Notes: generated by a model not told the origin, from the sequence alone. Counted from the stretch's first letter, positions 9,148-19,554 are shown. The stretch: 55,057 nucleotides of DNA from Acutalibacteraceae bacterium (GCA_045659105.1 JAZOWG010000201.1:1-55057); one strand, 5' to 3'. Made by a program: numbers and translations.

Positions 9148-10341
9148 TCAGACAGTAAATTTATATGTAAGCTTGTCTGATTTTACTATCCAGAAGCCGT
9201 GAGCAGTAATTTCGAGAGTGTACTCGCCTGCTGCAAACGGAAAATCAACGCAAAGGGAAATTGCGGCAGGCATATCATTGAGGTAATATGATGAACATAT
9301 TCTTTTTTGCAGAATTATGTCGTTATCAGAATTTCTGACAGCAATTGTGTATGCATTTACTCTGTAACCGTCAGTTTTTGCCTGTGAAAATTCGATATTG
9401 AGTTTATTTTCTTCGGTTGTAATGACACATACGGTGTCATCGGAAAAATAAGGCTTTGCTTCGGTCAGTGCTCTTTCGGAAGTGTAAATAAAGCTTTCGG
9501 GCTCCCATGGTGTTTCAATCAGGTATTCGTTATCGAAAAATCTTTCTGTAAGAATGTCATAAGAAAGAATTCTTACTGCATTGTCTTCATTTACCTCAAC
9601 AATATAGAACTGTGCACACTGCTTTGCGTCCGGGGGAACCGTGCCTGTCATAAGGTCGAATTCGTCAAGCTCGAAATACGAAAATGAGCCTGTGTTTAAT
9701 GAAGTAACATATTTCTGATGAATGCTTCTGGGGTCATTGATAGGTGCGTGAGAATGTCCGGAAAAATCAATTACCTGAGGATAGTCGGCAAGAATTGAGT
9801 TTATATCGTCCTCACCCCAGTTAATGCTTCCGTAAACAGTATCGGTAAGATGGGGATGCTGGAATACAAAAATAGGGGCCTTTCTTCCGCTTTTTACGGA
9901 AAGTGCAAGCTTTTCCTTAAGCCACTCCTGCTTTTTTTCTTTGATTCTGCATCCGTCTTCGGTAGAAAGACAAATAAAGCTGCAGCCCTTTATGTTGAAA
10001 TAATTGTCAGGCTCCATATCATAAATCTGTTTAAGTTTTTCTTTTGCGGCTTCCTGTCCTTCTGACATAAATTCATGGCTTGCAAGCATAAGAGTTATCT
10101 TTGTTTCGGGGCGAATTACTGTATCAAGAGACTCTTTGAATTTAAGCATTTCGTCTGCCTGACCGCGGTTTGCAAAATCTCCTACAGCAAAGAATGCATC
10201 TATATTCTTGTAAGATTCCTGTTCAGCATATTCGTACGCCTTTTTCATACCCTTTTCAAAGCGTTCCTTTTCAATGTCGGTGTCAACTTTATAGTGTATG
10301 TCACTTGTGACAATAAATCTTAATTTTGCGTTGAATTTCAT
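9148..10341 (-). CDS. Calcineurin-like metallophosphoesterase
   Basis: Metallophosphoesterase motifs are present: TSDIHY, GDFANRG, and SHE...FQHPH...GHSHAP. Confidence 0.8.
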   Translation of the reverse strand: MKFNAKLRFIVTSDIHYKVDTDIEKERFEKGMKKAYEYAEQESYKNIDAFFAVGDFANRGQADEMLKFKESLDTVIRPETKITLMLASHEFMSEGQEAAKEKLKQIYDMEPDNYFNIKGCSFICLSTEDGCRIKEKKQEWLKEKLALSVKSGRKAPIFVFQHPHLTDTVYGSINWGEDDINSILADYPQVIDFSGHSHAPINDPRSIHQKYVTSLNTGSFSYFELDEFDLMTGTVPPDAKQCAQFYIVEVNEDNAVRILSYDILTERFFDNEYLIETPWEPESFIYTSERALTEAKPYFSDDTVCVITTEENKLNIEFSQAKTDGYRVNAYTIAVRNSDNDIILQKRICSSYYLNDMPAAISLCVDFPFAAGEYTLEITAHGFWIVKSDKLTYKFTV

Positions 10342-10406
10342 AAAAAAACTCCTAACATATTTTTAGAAATTATATCATTATTCTTGCTATAAATCAACCT
10401 GAAAAC

Positions 10407-10436
10407 AAAAAAAAGAGGCAATCCGCAGATTGCCTC
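10407..10436 (-). terminator. Intrinsic terminator downstream of the secreted-protein gene
   Basis: The minus strand reads GAGGCAAU-cugcgg-AUUGCCUC followed by U8. Confidence 0.8.
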
Positions 10437-10451
10437 AAAATATTAAATTGA

Positions 10452-12257
10452 TTATTCCTTAATGCCAAAGAGATCTCTGAACCACTGACCGATCTTCTCG
10501 AAGAATTCAACGATCTGATCCCAGATAGATTTAACTTCCTTGTCTGCTATGTCAGTACCTGCATTTACAACGTCCTTAGCTGTGTATTCAGGATACTGTG
10601 AGGGCTGGAATTCATCATTAAATTCAATAACGTTTACACCGGATGCTGTGGAGTAGATGTATGTAGGTGTTTCAGCGTTTTCAATATTGAAAGTAATCTT
10701 TGTCTTAGCATCAACTGCAACGTCAGTAAATGACCAGTCAGCTACTGTGTTATCTGCAAGAAGCTGCTTGTGAATAAGCGTTACATAACCGTTATTTGTA
10801 CCAAGAAGTCTTACCATTTCATCAACGTCTGATTCATAAAGGAACGCGATCTTAAGATAATCATTGTTGTATTCAGAGTGGATAGACTTGAATATACCGT
10901 ACTTGTTATGATCAAGAACAGCTGCACCGTCATTAAGTGTATAGAGCTCGTGCTGCTCTGTGTCTGTGAGAACAAATGAAACGGGGCAATAGATGTAAAT
11001 AGCATCAGTAACCTTCTTGAAGTTTTCGGGGGCGGTATCAAACATAAGGCTTCTCATAATGTCAAGAGCTGCAATTGATACTGCAGTATCTTCATAAAGA
11101 CAACCGTGAAGCTGGTTCTTGATTTTGCCTACAGCACCGCCGTCGTCAGCGATCTTGTATTCAACAAGAGACTGCTCACAAACCTTTCTTGTGGTAAGAA
11201 GAAGATCCATTGTGAAGTATGATTTTTCGGAATCATCTTCTTCATTGTAATAGGAATCAGCTGCCCAGTCAGATGCAAGATCCTGGAACTGATATGCTGT
11301 GTAGAGCTGAGAAAGACGGGGATATGCTTCGTCACAGTTCCAAAGGAAGTCTGCAACTGAGTCAATAACGTCATAAGCCTTCATAGCCCAATTGTAAGCT
11401 GTGGCTGTATAGACATTAGAATTAAGAGCGATGTCAACAAGTGTTTCCGTAACGTTTACAACAGTATCATCAACAAATCTGAGATAGATATCATTCATAG
11501 CCTGATAAACACTTGTTTTCATGTAACCAACAACATTGTTAGCTGCTTTGCGGAGATTTTCGTTTGTTGCAGTTTCTGCAATGTACTTAACGAGATCGAT
11601 GTAATACTGGTTAGCTGCCTGAACGGAGAGAACACGTGCATAATAATCGATAAATTCATTTCTGTAAAGCATAAAGGTGTTTAATATGTTATTTACATCA
11701 CCTATGATTTTCCAGGCAAGACCCCATTCCTCAGACTCAATAACCTTTGAGAATTCATCCCATTTGAGAACATCCTTAACATCCTCAAGGAAACCTGCAG
11801 CATCCTGTGCATAACCGATTGCTTCTTCGATCTTGTCTACATATTCGAAGCAAAGTCTGTTATGTAAGTCTTCTTTATCTGAATTTGTTGCATCGTAGAA
11901 GCCGCCGTAGAAGTCAGCTCTTTCGATAAGTGCAAGAATAAGAAGCTCTGCCTGTTCAATATCGATGTGATGGAAGGTGCCGTTTCTCCATGCTTCATCG
12001 TAAAGAGCAAAAGCTGTCCAATATCCCATTGTATCGGTCATAGCTTTTTCATTAATATTAACGTAATTCCAGCTTGTATAAGCTGTGTCATCAAGAAGCT
12101 GATTGATAAAGAACTGATAATTCTTTTCCCAACCGTCTACATAATGGTCATAATTGACATCTTTTTTTGCGGTGCCTGCAAAAGCTACTACAGAAAGACA
12201 GGAGGCTGTCATAATAACTGCGAGGATAACCGCTACGAGTTTTTTGAAGTTTTTCAT
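10452..12257 (-). CDS. Secreted hypothetical protein (about 600 aa, Sec signal peptide, no domain I recognise)
   Basis: I trimmed the start to MKNFKKLVAVILAVIMTASCLSVVAFAG (ATG at 12257), which follows an AAGGAG RBS. This gives a hydrophobic h-region and an AFA-G cleavage context. Confidence 0.6.
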   Translation of the reverse strand: MKNFKKLVAVILAVIMTASCLSVVAFAGTAKKDVNYDHYVDGWEKNYQFFINQLLDDTAYTSWNYVNINEKAMTDTMGYWTAFALYDEAWRNGTFHHIDIEQAELLILALIERADFYGGFYDATNSDKEDLHNRLCFEYVDKIEEAIGYAQDAAGFLEDVKDVLKWDEFSKVIESEEWGLAWKIIGDVNNILNTFMLYRNEFIDYYARVLSVQAANQYYIDLVKYIAETATNENLRKAANNVVGYMKTSVYQAMNDIYLRFVDDTVVNVTETLVDIALNSNVYTATAYNWAMKAYDVIDSVADFLWNCDEAYPRLSQLYTAYQFQDLASDWAADSYYNEEDDSEKSYFTMDLLLTTRKVCEQSLVEYKIADDGGAVGKIKNQLHGCLYEDTAVSIAALDIMRSLMFDTAPENFKKVTDAIYIYCPVSFVLTDTEQHELYTLNDGAAVLDHNKYGIFKSIHSEYNNDYLKIAFLYESDVDEMVRLLGTNNGYVTLIHKQLLADNTVADWSFTDVAVDAKTKITFNIENAETPTYIYSTASGVNVIEFNDEFQPSQYPEYTAKDVVNAGTDIADKEVKSIWDQIVEFFEKIGQWFRDLFGIKE

Positions 12258-12561
12258 AAAAACACTCCTTAAATAATGTAGATAAATAATATCCTCATAT
12301 ATTTTATTCCGATGTAAAAAAATAGTCAATTATCAGAATTGATTAATTTAAATAAAGTCAATTGTTGAATATGTACAAATTTACCGCGGCAGTTACGTGA
12401 ATAATGTGAGAATTTATTGAAAATATGAACAAAGTGTTAATGAAGCTTGTCTTTTTGCTGAATTTTTACATTAACCGGAATATTAAATAATGTTAATATT
12501 CCAAATTGGAATAATGATATATACAAATAATGATATTATTCGTCATAAAGGAGTTGAGATT

Positions 12562-13350
12562 ATGAAGCAAATTGTTATGGATTATTTCAAGCGAGTATAT
12601 AAGGATGTATCAAAATGGGAGCTTATTTATTGGTGGATATTAAGGCTTCTTATGATTTACGGTATTGTTGAATCTCTCATTTTTGGTGATGAATACCTCG
12701 GAAGCAATCAGCCCTTGCAGATGTTTGCAAATTTTTGCGGAATGTTCGGATATGAAGTATTCCAGATGCTTCCCCGGAACAACAGACTCAGGCTTTTCTC
12801 TCATAAATTCCAGCATATAACGGCACTCGGCTTTTTCCTCGGTTCTTTCGGCGGTGCATATCTTAATTTCTATTATACTCTTCCCGGTTATGACAAGGTG
12901 CTTCATGCACTCGGTACAGCTGAGGCAGTTTATTTCGGATATGAATATATTGCAGCTACGCAGCTCAAATTCAAAAAGACTTGCCCGCATCAGATAGCTA
13001 ATCTTACAGCTCTCGGCTTCGGTTTCATCTTTTCAAGCGCATGGGAGCTTTTTGAGTTCATTTTTGACCAGTTCTTCGGCGGTGATGCACAGCACTGGAG
13101 CTATGAAAATGCTCTTGCTGTTGCAGGCGGCGATCCTGAAAAGATTTTTAACCTCTTCCCTGTTGAGGATCCTATGAGATTTGCTCTTATGGATACTATG
13201 GGTGATATTGTTCTTAACTTTATCGGTGCATTCGTTATGTATTGGGTACTTTGCTTTATTCCTTACAGACATAAGGGAAAGGGCAATGTGAATGCAATAA
13301 TTGAAAAATACAATGCAGAAAACAATATTAAGGAATATTCTGTAAACTGA
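12562..13350 (+). CDS. Polytopic membrane protein, function unknown
   Basis: The ATG at 12562 follows AAAGGAG. There are several hydrophobic spans and an acidic AWELFEFIFDQF segment. The family assignment is uncertain. Confidence 0.55.
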   Translation: MKQIVMDYFKRVYKDVSKWELIYWWILRLLMIYGIVESLIFGDEYLGSNQPLQMFANFCGMFGYEVFQMLPRNNRLRLFSHKFQHITALGFFLGSFGGAYLNFYYTLPGYDKVLHALGTAEAVYFGYEYIAATQLKFKKTCPHQIANLTALGFGFIFSSAWELFEFIFDQFFGGDAQHWSYENALAVAGGDPEKIFNLFPVEDPMRFALMDTMGDIVLNFIGAFVMYWVLCFIPYRHKGKGNVNAIIEKYNAENNIKEYSVN

Positions 13351-13356
13351 ATATAT

Positions 13357-13388
13357 ACGGGATTCGCAAGGCTGCGGGTCCCGTTTTT
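13357..13388 (+). terminator. Intrinsic terminator
   Basis: ACGGGA...UCCCGU stem followed by UUUU. Confidence 0.7.
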
Positions 13389-13478
13389 ATATGCCGGGGC
13401 ATTAATTTTAAAAAACTGCTTGCTTATATCCGATATAATGTATATAATATAGTAAAATTTTTATTTGGAGGACAAGAT

Positions 13479-14324
13479 ATGGACAATAAAGCCCTCTATC
13501 CCGATTGGTCTCTTGAAGTCATTGCGCCTGTTGAAGCAGGACGTGAATTCAGAATTGCAATGTTTGATTTTGACGGAACGTTAAGCCTTATCCGTGAAGG
13601 TTGGCAGGAAATTATGATTCCGTATTTTTGTGAAGAATTCTTTGATTCTGTGCCCGACAGAACGGAAAGTGATGAAGAAGTTCTGAATCTTGTAACTGAT
13701 TTTGTTGACGAGCTTACCGGCAAGCAAACAATTTTCCAGTGTATGCAGCTTAAGACCGAAATTGAAAAACGAGGCGGCAAGGCAAAGGAAGCCATGGACT
13801 ATAAGAATGAGTATTTGCGCCGTCTTTTTCTTAAAATTGAGAGTAAGCGCGAGGGACTTGCAGACGGAAGTATTTCTCCCGAAACACTTCTTGTCAAGGG
13901 ATCAGTTGCTTTTCTTGAAGCACTCAAAGAAAAAGGTATTGAAATTTTCTGTGCAAGCGGAACCGATCAGCCTCAGGTTATTGAAGAAGCCAGGCTTCTC
14001 GGACTTGATAAGTATTTTGGGGATAATATCTTCGGTGCTCTTGATGAGCACGCAAGTCAGTGCTCAAAGGAGCTTGTTATCAACCGCGTGCTCAAGGATA
14101 AGGACGTAAAGGGTGAAAATCTTCTTTCATTCGGTGACGGCTTTGTTGAGATTGAGCTTGTGAAGAATGTAGGCGGATATGCCGTTGCAGTTGCCACAGA
14201 TGAAAAAACACAAAAGGGTGTTAATCAGGACAAGCGGGCGCGACTTCTTTCTGCCGGTGCTCATGCTGTTGTTCCCGATTTTGAAAACTCTGAAGCTCTT
14301 ATAAGCCATCTTTTCAATAACTGA
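13479..14324 (+). CDS. HAD-superfamily hydrolase
   Basis: Motif I is MFDFDGTLS. There is a later SGTD and a GDGFVE (motif IV-like) segment. Confidence 0.8.
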   Translation: MDNKALYPDWSLEVIAPVEAGREFRIAMFDFDGTLSLIREGWQEIMIPYFCEEFFDSVPDRTESDEEVLNLVTDFVDELTGKQTIFQCMQLKTEIEKRGGKAKEAMDYKNEYLRRLFLKIESKREGLADGSISPETLLVKGSVAFLEALKEKGIEIFCASGTDQPQVIEEARLLGLDKYFGDNIFGALDEHASQCSKELVINRVLKDKDVKGENLLSFGDGFVEIELVKNVGGYAVAVATDEKTQKGVNQDKRARLLSAGAHAVVPDFENSEALISHLFNN

Positions 14325-14348
14325 ATAATACAGAACGGAGAATTAATT

Positions 14349-16001
14349 ATGAAAAAGTTTACGATTTCTTATAAATGCGGAAGTCAGATTGTAACCACTA
14401 ATGAAACAGAAAACAGCTTCTATTCTCTTGATATTACGGATACCGCCGAGAGATTTACGGTTGTCCTGAAGCCCAAAAAGACCTTTGAGCTTGTTGATTT
14501 CGATGTAGAAATGCCCTATTCTTTCCTTGACGGCGATAAATTCTTCTGTGCAGGTTATCAGTCATGGACTCTTACTAAGGAAAGAACTAAAAATGACATA
14601 CAGAAGGGCACAATCAGACTTGCAAATATTCACAAAAAGGTTAAGCATATTGCATCAATGACCTGTGATGAAAGAATGGTTGAGTATACATATAAACCCG
14701 GTGAATTTCATTCTCACGGATATACTTATGTCAGAAACGGTGAAAACGTAAAGCTTTGGGGCTCACTTTGTGAAGAGACCGGTTATACTCTTTTTAAGGT
14801 TAAAATGAACGAAAATCAGTTTACCTACCACAAGGATGTTCTCGGAAAATTTGTAACCGAAGCATATAAGGTATTTGATGTTGTTTACTTTGAAGGCGGC
14901 TATGAAGAGGTTTTTGATAATTATTTCAGTCTTTTCAAAATGCCCGAAACAAGAAAAGGTATGATGAGCGGTTATACCTCCTGGTATAATTATTTCCAGA
15001 ATATCAATGAGGAAATTATCCTCAGAGACCTTAACGGTCTTGACCCGGTTAAGGAGGACGTTTCAATTTTTCAGATCGATGACGGCTATGAAACCTTTGT
15101 CGGCGACTGGCTTGATCCCAATCCCTCCAGATTCCCCAACGGTATGGGCTATATTGCAGATAAGATTCACGAAAAGGGCTATAAGGCAGGTATCTGGCTT
15201 GCTCCCTTCAGCTGTCAGAAGGTATCCCGTATTGCCAAGGAGCATCCCGATTGGCTGGTTAAGGATGAAAACGGAAAGCCTTTACAGGGTGTGCTTGCAT
15301 GGGGCGGTGCGTATATTCTTGATATTTATAATGAAGGCGCAAAAAATTACCTGAGAGAGGTATTTGATACTGTTCTTAACGTATGGGGTTACGATATGGT
15401 TATGCTCGACTTCCTTTACAGTCAGTGCATATATCCCCGAAACGGTAAATGCCGCGGAGAAATTATGAGAGATGCAATGCTCTTCCTTCGTGAGCTTGTC
15501 GGGGACAAGCTTCTTCTCGGCTGCGGTGTTCCTATGAGCGCCTGCTTCGGTCTTGTTGATGCCTGCCGCATCAGCTGTGACGTCGACCTTACATACACCG
15601 GAAAGATTTATAACTTCCTTGAAGTGTCTCCTGAAATTCTCAGCGCTCAGAGTGCTATCAATAATTCAATATTCAGAAGACATCTTAACGGCAGAGTGTT
15701 TATGAATGATCCTGACGTTTTCTTCCTCAGAAATAATAACCTTAAATTCACTGAGGAGCAGAAGCTTCTCCTTGCTAAAATCAATAATCTTTGCGGTAAC
15801 GTTCTCTTTGTTTCCGATAATGCAGGTGATTATGACGATAAGCAGATGGAATACTTAAGAAGGTTCTTTAAGAAGACCGAAGAAAAGATTATCAGTGCCG
15901 AATATACGGATAATGAAAATATCACTATTGTTACTGAGCTTGACGGTAAGCAGAAGGAATTCTCCTTTAATATCAAAAAGGGAACGGTAATAAAGCAGTA
16001 A
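14349..16001 (+). CDS. Alpha-galactosidase-like glycoside hydrolase (clan GH-D, GH36-like)
   Basis: Motifs seen are FQIDDGYETFVGDW, GIWLAPF, YDMVMLDF and FMNDPD. They match the melibiase-type TIM-barrel pattern. Confidence 0.6.
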   Translation: MKKFTISYKCGSQIVTTNETENSFYSLDITDTAERFTVVLKPKKTFELVDFDVEMPYSFLDGDKFFCAGYQSWTLTKERTKNDIQKGTIRLANIHKKVKHIASMTCDERMVEYTYKPGEFHSHGYTYVRNGENVKLWGSLCEETGYTLFKVKMNENQFTYHKDVLGKFVTEAYKVFDVVYFEGGYEEVFDNYFSLFKMPETRKGMMSGYTSWYNYFQNINEEIILRDLNGLDPVKEDVSIFQIDDGYETFVGDWLDPNPSRFPNGMGYIADKIHEKGYKAGIWLAPFSCQKVSRIAKEHPDWLVKDENGKPLQGVLAWGGAYILDIYNEGAKNYLREVFDTVLNVWGYDMVMLDFLYSQCIYPRNGKCRGEIMRDAMLFLRELVGDKLLLGCGVPMSACFGLVDACRISCDVDLTYTGKIYNFLEVSPEILSAQSAINNSIFRRHLNGRVFMNDPDVFFLRNNNLKFTEEQKLLLAKINNLCGNVLFVSDNAGDYDDKQMEYLRRFFKKTEEKIISAEYTDNENITIVTELDGKQKEFSFNIKKGTVIKQ

Positions 16002-16008
16002 AACTTAA

Positions 16009-16028
16009 GGCTCTCCTTTCGGAGAGCC
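16009..16028. terminator. Bidirectional hairpin between convergent genes
   Basis: GGCTCTCC-tttc-GGAGAGCC, a perfect 8-bp stem. Confidence 0.7.
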
Positions 16029-16043
16029 CATTTTCTTGCTTGA

Positions 16044-17393
16044 TTATTTGTTTTTCTTTGCATCGTCAAGAATTTTGACGTAAGGCATCAGCATTCCTTC
16101 ATTCATTTTGTTGCCCATTTTTGCTCTGATTTTATCGGAGCCAAGCATTGCACCGACGAGATACATAGCCATGGACATTACCTTATGCTTCTGAGGGAAA
16201 TCATACTGATTATGCTCTTTGTAGAATTTGTGGTCAGCTTTCATCATTCCGCGCATCATATACACAAGGTCACGGAAGATTTTAGCTCCGCCGACGCCAA
16301 GGAAATTTGCCGGCTTGTTGAATTTGTATGTTATAGCGTAGTTGAGGTTTTCTGCCATTTTGTCGATATTGTAATCTGTATCGGCCTCGTCTGTTGCAAT
16401 ACCTGCGATGAAGTTTCCTCCGACCTCTCCCCTGCCTTCAAGTATTATCTGCAGATTTGTTTCATCGGAGTAGTTACCGCTGATTAAATATGCAACGGGT
16501 CTTCCCATTGTAACGCTTCTGTGTCCGTTGCAGAACTGTCTGTCGTCATACATTTTGAAAAGAGAACCCATAGAGTGGTCTTTGATTGTAAAAGCGTATA
16601 CGATTGCATCTGATGACTGAATATTGTTCCTGAGAATTTCGCTGAAGCCATCCTTGTAGACACACTGACTTGTAACGGCGCAATTCATGCAGCCGAGGCA
16701 TCCGCCCTTCATTTTGAAATCGTGAAGATTAAGAACTCGTACGTTGTTTGATGAAACGGCCTTGAATCTTTCAATCATTTTATTGAGGCTGAAATCGCTT
16801 TCGGTGGCATCTGTGACTACAACAACGTCGTCTTCTTTATCATTGTTCTCGGTTCCGGGTACGGTTGCAATTACGGATTCTTTAGCAAAAGCAATTCGGG
16901 TCGGCTTTTCGGAAAAATCCTTTTCACAGCACCAAAGCACATATCCGAGAAAATCTACAGCTTCTGTCTGCCCCTTTTTCTTTGTAAGGTCATCCATATC
17001 TGCAGAGAGTCCTTTTACGTATTTAAGTCCCATGTCATGACAGTTGTCCTCAATATAGTTATGTGCAGTCACGTCATAGAAATGCTTTGATGTAGTAATC
17101 TGCGTTGCCCATTTTCCGGCTACTTCGACACCTGACTTTTTCATAAGTTCAATAAACTTATGAAGCTGAGAAGGTGCAATAAAGGTGTAAACGGGATAAG
17201 AGAAAATTATAAGCTCAGCATCATTGAGAGCAGTCAGAGCAGGAGTAAAATCCTTTTCAAGAGATTTGATTTTTCTTCCGATATGTAAGTAAGAAAAACT
17301 GTGCTCAGGAAACATTATTTCAAGATATTTGCAGGTTTGAAGCGTTATGCTGTATTCAGCCTTGGGACTTCCGTTTATAATCAGAATTTTCAT
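16044..17393 (-). CDS. Tandem flavodoxin-like-fold NAD(P)H-dependent oxidoreductase (second half resembles an iron-sulfur flavoprotein)
   Basis: It begins MKILIINGSPK...FSYPVYT. The second module has a GGCLGCMNCAVTSQC cysteine cluster. The ATG at 17393 with a GAGGA RBS is preferred over the TTG at 17402. Confidence 0.7.
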   Translation of the reverse strand: MKILIINGSPKAEYSITLQTCKYLEIMFPEHSFSYLHIGRKIKSLEKDFTPALTALNDAELIIFSYPVYTFIAPSQLHKFIELMKKSGVEVAGKWATQITTSKHFYDVTAHNYIEDNCHDMGLKYVKGLSADMDDLTKKKGQTEAVDFLGYVLWCCEKDFSEKPTRIAFAKESVIATVPGTENNDKEDDVVVVTDATESDFSLNKMIERFKAVSSNNVRVLNLHDFKMKGGCLGCMNCAVTSQCVYKDGFSEILRNNIQSSDAIVYAFTIKDHSMGSLFKMYDDRQFCNGHRSVTMGRPVAYLISGNYSDETNLQIILEGRGEVGGNFIAGIATDEADTDYNIDKMAENLNYAITYKFNKPANFLGVGGAKIFRDLVYMMRGMMKADHKFYKEHNQYDFPQKHKVMSMAMYLVGAMLGSDKIRAKMGNKMNEGMLMPYVKILDDAKKNK

Positions 17394-17589
17394 ATTATAC
17401 AATCCTCGACATATTTTTATTAAATATTAACACATTATTCATATTTGGTCAACCGAAAATGAATGACAAATAAGGTAAATATTAATTAAAAATGAAAATA
17501 GGTCTTGTACTTTTATTTTATTTATTATATAATATGCTTTGTGTGGTTTTCACGCCCGATATTTTTTTATTACGAAAGGTGCATTTATT

Positions 17590-19440
17590 ATGTCAAAAGT
17601 TGAAAATCAGCAGAACGACTACCGTGCTGAAAGAAAAAAGAGACTGGCAAAAAATGCCAAGAAAAACGGTCAAAAAACCGTAGATTCCGTTAAGGTTGTA
17701 ACCTGGGTTGTAAGAGTTGCAAGCGTTATTCTTGTACTTGCTATAACTGCTTTTGCTCTTTATCAGTTTGGTGTACCCCAGAAGGTGCTTCCTGCTGTTC
17801 AGGTTGGTGACAGAACATATTCTGTTGCAGAATACAGCTACTACTATTCTTCTGTTTTCCAGAATTATGCTCAGCAGTCAAGCTCACTTCAGAGCTCATA
17901 CGGCTATATGACCTTTGATTACACAAAAGACCCCGCTCTTCAGACAACAACTGATGAAGACGGCAATAAGGTAACTTATGATGAGCTTTTCAGAAAGAGT
18001 GTTATTTCTACTCTTGAGGCTACTAATTATTACCTCGGCAAGTGCGAAGCTGAAGACGTTAAGCTTTCTGATGAGCATCAGAAGGAAATCAACGACCTTC
18101 TCACTTCTCTTGAAACAAATGCTACCGCACAGCAGCTTTCCTTATCAAGATACATCAGTATTATCTACGGTAAGGGTCTTAACGAAAAGATGTTCAAGGA
18201 GCTTCTTACTGAGCAGTATCTTGTAGCACAGTATGTTGAGAATGTTGAAAGTGATCTCAGCAGTGATTTTACTGATGAGGAGCTTGAAGATGCATTCAAG
18301 GCTGATCCCTCCGATTTCCAGGCAGTAGATATCCGTCTCTTCGGTTTCGAGGTTCCCGCTGACGAAAAGAAGAAGGAAGAAACAACAACTACAGCTGAGG
18401 AAACAACTGTAGCTGAAGATGCTACTGCTTCTGCGGAAGATACAACTGCTGCTGAAGAAACAACTGTAGCAGAAGAGACAACAGCTGCAGAAGAAGAGAC
18501 AACTGAGGCTGAAAAGAAGGAGCCTACTAAGACTGAGCTTCTTGCAAATGAAATGCTTGACAGAGTAAGAGATGAAGCTTCCTTTATTGAGCTTGCTCGT
18601 GAATACTGTGCTGAAAAGGACAAGGAAACCTTCAAGGATGACACAGCAACACTTGCTAAGAATATCAAGAAGTCTGTTGTTGAAGGTCAGATTGGTGAGG
18701 ACCTTGCTGAATGGCTCTACTCTGCTGACAGAAAGACCGGCGACAAAACAGTTTATACAACTGATGACTACGTTTATGTAATTTATATCATTAAGACAGC
18801 TTACAGAGAAGAACAGCCTCTTGTTGATGCAAGACATATTCTTGTATCTTTTGACAATGTTGCTGCTGAGCTTAAGAAGGATACTGCAAATGTTATTCCT
18901 ACCGATAAGAAGGCAGATGTTGAAGTAAAGACTGAAACAGCTGAGGATGGAACTGTTATCACAAATGAAGGCACAAGCTATGACATTGCTCTTGTTGCTG
19001 AGGCATACAAGCAGACAAAGGCAATTTATGATACTTATATGAGCGGTGAAAAGACCGAAGAATCATTCGGCAAGCTTGCTGAAGAAAAGAGTGCTGATAC
19101 AGGTTCTGTCGGCGAAAACACACTCGGCGGCGGTCTTTATGAAGGTATTGAAAAGGGTAAGATGGTTGCTCCCTTTGAAAACTGGATCTATGATGAAGCA
19201 AGAAAGTCCGGTGATGTTGAAATCATCATGACAAACTACGGCTGGCACATTATGTACTTTGTTAAGCAGCATGAAGAACCCGCATGGAAGGCTGCTGCAA
19301 GAGCAACGCTCGGTGCTAAGGCTTATGAGGATTATGAAGCCGGTATTACTGCTGAGACAGAAGGCACAGCATCTGAAAAGGCATTCCTTGGTTTTGCTGC
19401 AAGTGAAGCATGTAAGAATGCTGCAGGTCTCTATGCATAA
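17590..19440 (+). CDS. Membrane-anchored PpiC/parvulin-type peptidyl-prolyl isomerase (PrsA/SurA-like) with an acidic Thr/Glu-rich linker
   Basis: An N-terminal basic stretch plus TM helix is followed by ARHILV...GGLYEGIEKGKMVAPFENW...YGWHIMYF parvulin motifs. The ATG at 17590 follows AAAGGTG. Confidence 0.8.
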   Translation: MSKVENQQNDYRAERKKRLAKNAKKNGQKTVDSVKVVTWVVRVASVILVLAITAFALYQFGVPQKVLPAVQVGDRTYSVAEYSYYYSSVFQNYAQQSSSLQSSYGYMTFDYTKDPALQTTTDEDGNKVTYDELFRKSVISTLEATNYYLGKCEAEDVKLSDEHQKEINDLLTSLETNATAQQLSLSRYISIIYGKGLNEKMFKELLTEQYLVAQYVENVESDLSSDFTDEELEDAFKADPSDFQAVDIRLFGFEVPADEKKKEETTTTAEETTVAEDATASAEDTTAAEETTVAEETTAAEEETTEAEKKEPTKTELLANEMLDRVRDEASFIELAREYCAEKDKETFKDDTATLAKNIKKSVVEGQIGEDLAEWLYSADRKTGDKTVYTTDDYVYVIYIIKTAYREEQPLVDARHILVSFDNVAAELKKDTANVIPTDKKADVEVKTETAEDGTVITNEGTSYDIALVAEAYKQTKAIYDTYMSGEKTEESFGKLAEEKSADTGSVGENTLGGGLYEGIEKGKMVAPFENWIYDEARKSGDVEIIMTNYGWHIMYFVKQHEEPAWKAAARATLGAKAYEDYEAGITAETEGTASEKAFLGFAASEACKNAAGLYA

Positions 19441-19465
19441 TTGATTATTTTTGATACATAAGTAA

Positions 19466-19505
19466 AATCCAACACGGAGCTTTTCGTGTTGGATTTTCTT
19501 TATTT
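19466..19505 (+). terminator. Intrinsic terminator of the PpiC gene
   Basis: AATCCAACACG-loop-CGTGTTGGATT followed by a T-rich tract. Confidence 0.85.
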
Positions 19506-19524
19506 ATGATTACTTTTGTATAGT

Positions 19525-19554
19525 AAAAAAATCCCGATTCACAAGGAATCGGGA
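19525..19554 (-). terminator. Intrinsic terminator of pck
   Basis: The minus strand reads UCCCGAUUC-cuugu-GAAUCGGGA followed by U7. Confidence 0.85.

Noticed and set aside
18145-18837. Antisense ORFs of 230 aa and 167 aa opposite the PpiC gene
   Set aside because: They are Ser/Cys/Phe-rich low-complexity translations caused by the GAA/ACA repeat on the sense strand. They have no RBS.
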